Shown here in pieces: positions 18,390 through 20,000 of a stretch of DNA of 20,000 nucleotides (the stretch's first letter is position 1; every line of letters starts with the position of its first letter). The stretch is taken from the IMG/VR virus record IMGVR_UViG_3300042554_003148; one strand, given 5' to 3'. The position numbers and the translations under genes are program-made. Source of the DNA: an uncultured virus (IMG/VR IMGVR_UViG_3300042554_003148). Taxonomy: Duplodnaviria > Heunggongvirae > Uroviricota > Caudoviricetes. The notes below the pieces were generated by a model, which did not search any database, was not told the DNA's origin, and worked only from the letters and a program-made list of their open reading frames with translations.

Positions 18390-18575
18390 ATGGTTTACAA
18401 TGTTGGCGATAGGTTGAGTGTGGTCTATAGTACTGGCGAATCGTTCACCGGTGAACTGGTTAGCGTTCGTGAGATTCCGAACAAGGGAACGCTTATTCTG
18501 GTGAACGACGAAACGGTAGGCTATCGGTCCATGTATGCCGACAAGGTTGTGAGCGTAATCGTGGAGAATGCTTGA
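18390..18575 (+). CDS. Small beta-rich (SH3/Sm-like) hypothetical protein (61 aa)
   Basis: VGDRLSVVY..GESFTGELVSV pattern; purine-rich leader AAGAAAGAGAG. Confidence 0.65.
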   Translation: MVYNVGDRLSVVYSTGESFTGELVSVREIPNKGTLILVNDETVGYRSMYADKVVSVIVENA

Positions 18576-18782
18576 ATGGATACTAACTACTTTCAATCAT
18601 CGTTCGAGAGTATGGAAACGAGTACCATACGATTGTGGCTCCACGAAGCACAAGTACGACTGCCCCATGAGAGGGGTAGCGTTCGTGAGATACTGAAAGA
18701 AGGTATACGCGCGTCTGCTCGTGAACTGTTGTTCAGGTATCGAGAGGATATGAAAAGAATCTTTTCAAAAAACTCGACGTAA
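18576..18782 (+). CDS. Small helical hypothetical protein (68 aa)
   Basis: Starts immediately after the previous stop; its stop lies inside the first 29-bp palindrome of the repeat block. Confidence 0.6.
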   Translation: MDTNYFQSSFESMETSTIRLWLHEAQVRLPHERGSVREILKEGIRASARELLFRYREDMKRIFSKNST

Positions 18783-18859
18783 ACCCTTGATACGTAAGGA
18801 CTTACGGCGAAATTGGGCCGCCATTTTTGACGTAACTCCTTATGGTTCAAGCACTTACG
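18771..18859. repeat. Paired 29-bp palindrome block, copy 1
   Basis: CGTAAACCCTT-GATACGT-AAGGACTTACG (18778-18806) and CGTAACTCCTT-ATGGTTC-AAGCACTTACG (18831-18859); direct repeat of 19787-19875. Confidence 0.9.
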
Positions 18860-18879
18860 GCGACCCCAAAGGTGGTGTA

Positions 18880-19026
18880 GCAAAACGCTGTAGCAAAATG
18901 CAACACCTGTAGCAAAATGCTTCACCTTGGCACACCCCCGTCTCAAAATGAGAAAGTTGTAAAGTGTTGTCCCATAAGGACTTAGAAAGAAAAAAATATT
19001 TTTCAGACTTTGGCACGGGAAGTGCA
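18880..19026 (+). promoter_or_regulatory. Module B upstream region: putative enhancer boxes, 21-bp dyad repeat, IHF-like palindrome, sigma-54 promoter
   Basis: GCAAAAYGCW at 18880, 18893 and 18912; ACCCCCGTCTCAAAATGAGAA at 18934-18954; palindrome at 18958-18986; TGGCACG-GGAA-GTGCA at 19011-19026. Confidence 0.7.
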
Positions 19027-19057
19027 TTATATAGAGGCATAAGAAAGAGAGTGAAAG

Positions 19058-19243
19058 ATGGATAAGACGATTTATTTGGTTTCCGATTGCTGCTATGTTG
19101 AAAGCAACCCAGATTACCAAGTCTGCTCATGTTGTGGTGAGCATTGCGAAATGGTTGTGGATGATTCGATCCATACTGCTATGATGGATGATTTCATCGA
19201 GTCAGACTATATCCCCGGTTATGATGATGGTGAGGCTATCTAG
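19058..19243 (+). CDS. Small Cys-rich (zinc-ribbon-like) protein with acidic tail (61 aa)
   Basis: SDCC ... CSCCGEHC motif; AAGAAAGAGAG leader; directly downstream of the sigma-54 motif. Confidence 0.7.
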   Translation: MDKTIYLVSDCCYVESNPDYQVCSCCGEHCEMVVDDSIHTAMMDDFIESDYIPGYDDGEAI

Positions 19244-19255
19244 TCTCACCTAATC

Positions 19256-19290
19256 GGGGGGTTGCGGCGGCGAAAAAGTTTGGTAGAATC
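19256..19290 (+). promoter_or_regulatory. Repeated sigma-70-like promoter, copy 2
   Basis: GGGGGG-TTGCGG-N16-TAGAAT with an extended -10 TG. Confidence 0.6.
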
Positions 19291-19314
19291 AGCACACAAG
19301 AAAGAGAGAAGAGA

Positions 19315-19632
19315 ATGGAAAAGTTTCGAATCGTTGAAGAATACAAGCGTACAGTTCGTGGTATCTTCTATGGTATGGCGATCCCTTGCGACAAGCGTAG
19401 TGCCGATGGTGGTACGATTACCAGTGAGAAGGTATTGAAGTTCAATCGTTCAGCGTTGCGAAAGATTGGCAAGAGTAAGGTCGAAAAGGCTGACCCCCGC
19501 ATGGTAGGTGGTGAGGATCGTATGCGTTTCCCGGTTGGCAAGCCCGGTTCCCCCGAAAGGGTGGTTGCTCTTGCAGAGCAATATGCTAGCCTCGCGGATG
19601 ATGAGATGAGTCCCTTTACTGGAGATGAGTGA
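19315..19632 (+). CDS. Hypothetical protein (105 aa)
   Basis: AAGAAAGAGAG leader after the repeated promoter; C-terminal KPGSPERVVALAEQY motif. Confidence 0.7.
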   Translation: MEKFRIVEEYKRTVRGIFYGMAIPCDKRSADGGTITSEKVLKFNRSALRKIGKSKVEKADPRMVGGEDRMRFPVGKPGSPERVVALAEQYASLADDEMSPFTGDE

Positions 19633-19813
19633 GAACATGACCATTCAAGTACAAAATACACTCCATCGCCTTGTTGCTCACCACGGTTATTCGGCTACAT
19701 TTGTACAGTATATGGGAGAGGGTATATGTATGTACAGTATCGGCGGCATCATGTACCGCATTAGGGGGATGGTACGATTCTCTAAGAACTCGACGCAAAC
19801 CCTTGATACGTAA
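19625..19813 (+). CDS. Small hypothetical protein (62 aa; alternative start 19637; 3' end uncertain)
   Basis: Overlaps the previous stop; occupies the same slot as 18576-18782 and ends inside the palindrome block. Confidence 0.55.
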   Translation: MSENMTIQVQNTLHRLVAHHGYSATFVQYMGEGICMYSIGGIMYRIRGMVRFSKNSTQTLDT

Positions 19814-19875
19814 GGACTTAGGCAAAAATCGGGCCCGCAATTTTGACGTAAGTGCTTATGAGACAATGACTTACG
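19787..19875. repeat. Paired 29-bp palindrome block, copy 2
   Basis: CGCAAACCCTT-GATACGT-AAGGACTTAGG (19794-19822) and CGTAAGTGCTT-ATGAGAC-AATGACTTACG (19847-19875); first 34 nt match copy 1 at 33 positions. Confidence 0.9.
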
Positions 19876-19897
19876 ACAAACTCTATGCCATGATTTT

Positions 19898-19931
19898 TGG
19901 CATGAAAATTGCTCTAGCATATGGTGTGCCA
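19898..19931. promoter_or_regulatory. Two head-to-head sigma-54 -24/-12 motifs
   Basis: Plus TGGCATG-AAAA-TTGCT (19898-19913) and minus TGGCACA-CCAT-ATGCT (19916-19931). Confidence 0.55.
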
Positions 19932-20000
19932 ATATGGAAGAAAATTATGAAAAGTTTTGTCAAAATCTCTTGACACAAAAATTTCCAGATTTTTCTTGCA

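Larger units (their letters stand above)
1..20000. mobile_element. Tailed bacteriophage genome segment (packaging/head module, sugar-nucleotide genes, modular small-ORF region)
   Basis: Canonical terminase-portal-protease-decoration-capsid gene order, fibre genes and no host housekeeping genes. No integrase or att junction is visible, so virion genome versus prophage cannot be decided. Confidence 0.95.

Noticed and set aside
18778..18806. XerCD dif/pdif site
   Set aside because: Geometry is similar, but the arms do not match the XerD arm TTATGTTAAAT and the core is 7 rather than 6 bp.
18928..18943. Additional TGGCAC (and a minus-strand TGGCAT at 19885-19890) as sigma-54 promoters
   Set aside because: No GC at the -12 position.
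17880..19935. CRISPR array or integron attC array
   Set aside because: Repeats are of several kinds and separated by hundreds of bases rather than 30-40-nt spacers; no cas or intI gene and no evident attC RYYYAAC...GTTRRRY structure.
17980..19973. Minus-strand and scaffold-spanning ORFs (17980-18240, 18306-18596, 18593-19120, 18855-19130, 19368-19661, 19616-19840, 19671-19973, 19687-19932)
   Set aside because: They overlap plus-strand genes that have leaders and promoters; shared peptides such as SPYVSRV are just translations of the DNA repeat.
19970..20000. TTGACA as a sigma-70 promoter
   Set aside because: No -10 hexamer 16-18 nt downstream, and the window ends before it can be evaluated further.
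1..20000. tRNA/rRNA genes, introns, inteins or alternative genetic code
   Set aside because: None recognised by eye; terminase and capsid genes are uninterrupted and of normal size under the standard code. Covariance-model searches were not run.

Overview
Tailed dsDNA phage (Caudoviricetes) DNA with three parts. (1) 1-16015, minus strand: a late/morphogenesis operon. It runs sigma-like factor, putative terminase small subunit, GDP-mannose 4,6-dehydratase (gmd), HNH nuclease, ERCC4-type nuclease, hypothetical, terminase large subunit, portal, protease/scaffold, head decoration protein, major capsid protein, two small structural proteins and two Mtd-N-type fibre proteins; the last fibre runs off the left edge and is missing from the ORF track. 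(2) 16106-17768, plus strand: a small HTH protein, GDP-L-fucose synthase (fcl) and a GNA1-like acetyltransferase, so gmd+fcl form a complete GDP-fucose pathway. (3) ~17800-20000: a GC-richer region of tiny ORFs on a repeated ~1-kb non-coding scaffold. Each of two modules carries three GCAAAATGC-type boxes, an exact 21-bp repeat with a TCTCA-AAA-TGAGA dyad, a 29-bp 11-7-11 palindrome resembling an IHF or recombinase site and a sigma-54 -24/-12 promoter at a 994-bp offset. These are followed by ORF, sigma-70-like promoter, two ORFs and a pair of 29-bp palindromes 53 bp apart. The ORF cargo differs between modules while the scaffold is conserved. This apparent enhancer-dependent, cassette-like phage gene array is the most interesting signal. 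Functional calls come from motif recognition by eye; no searches were run.
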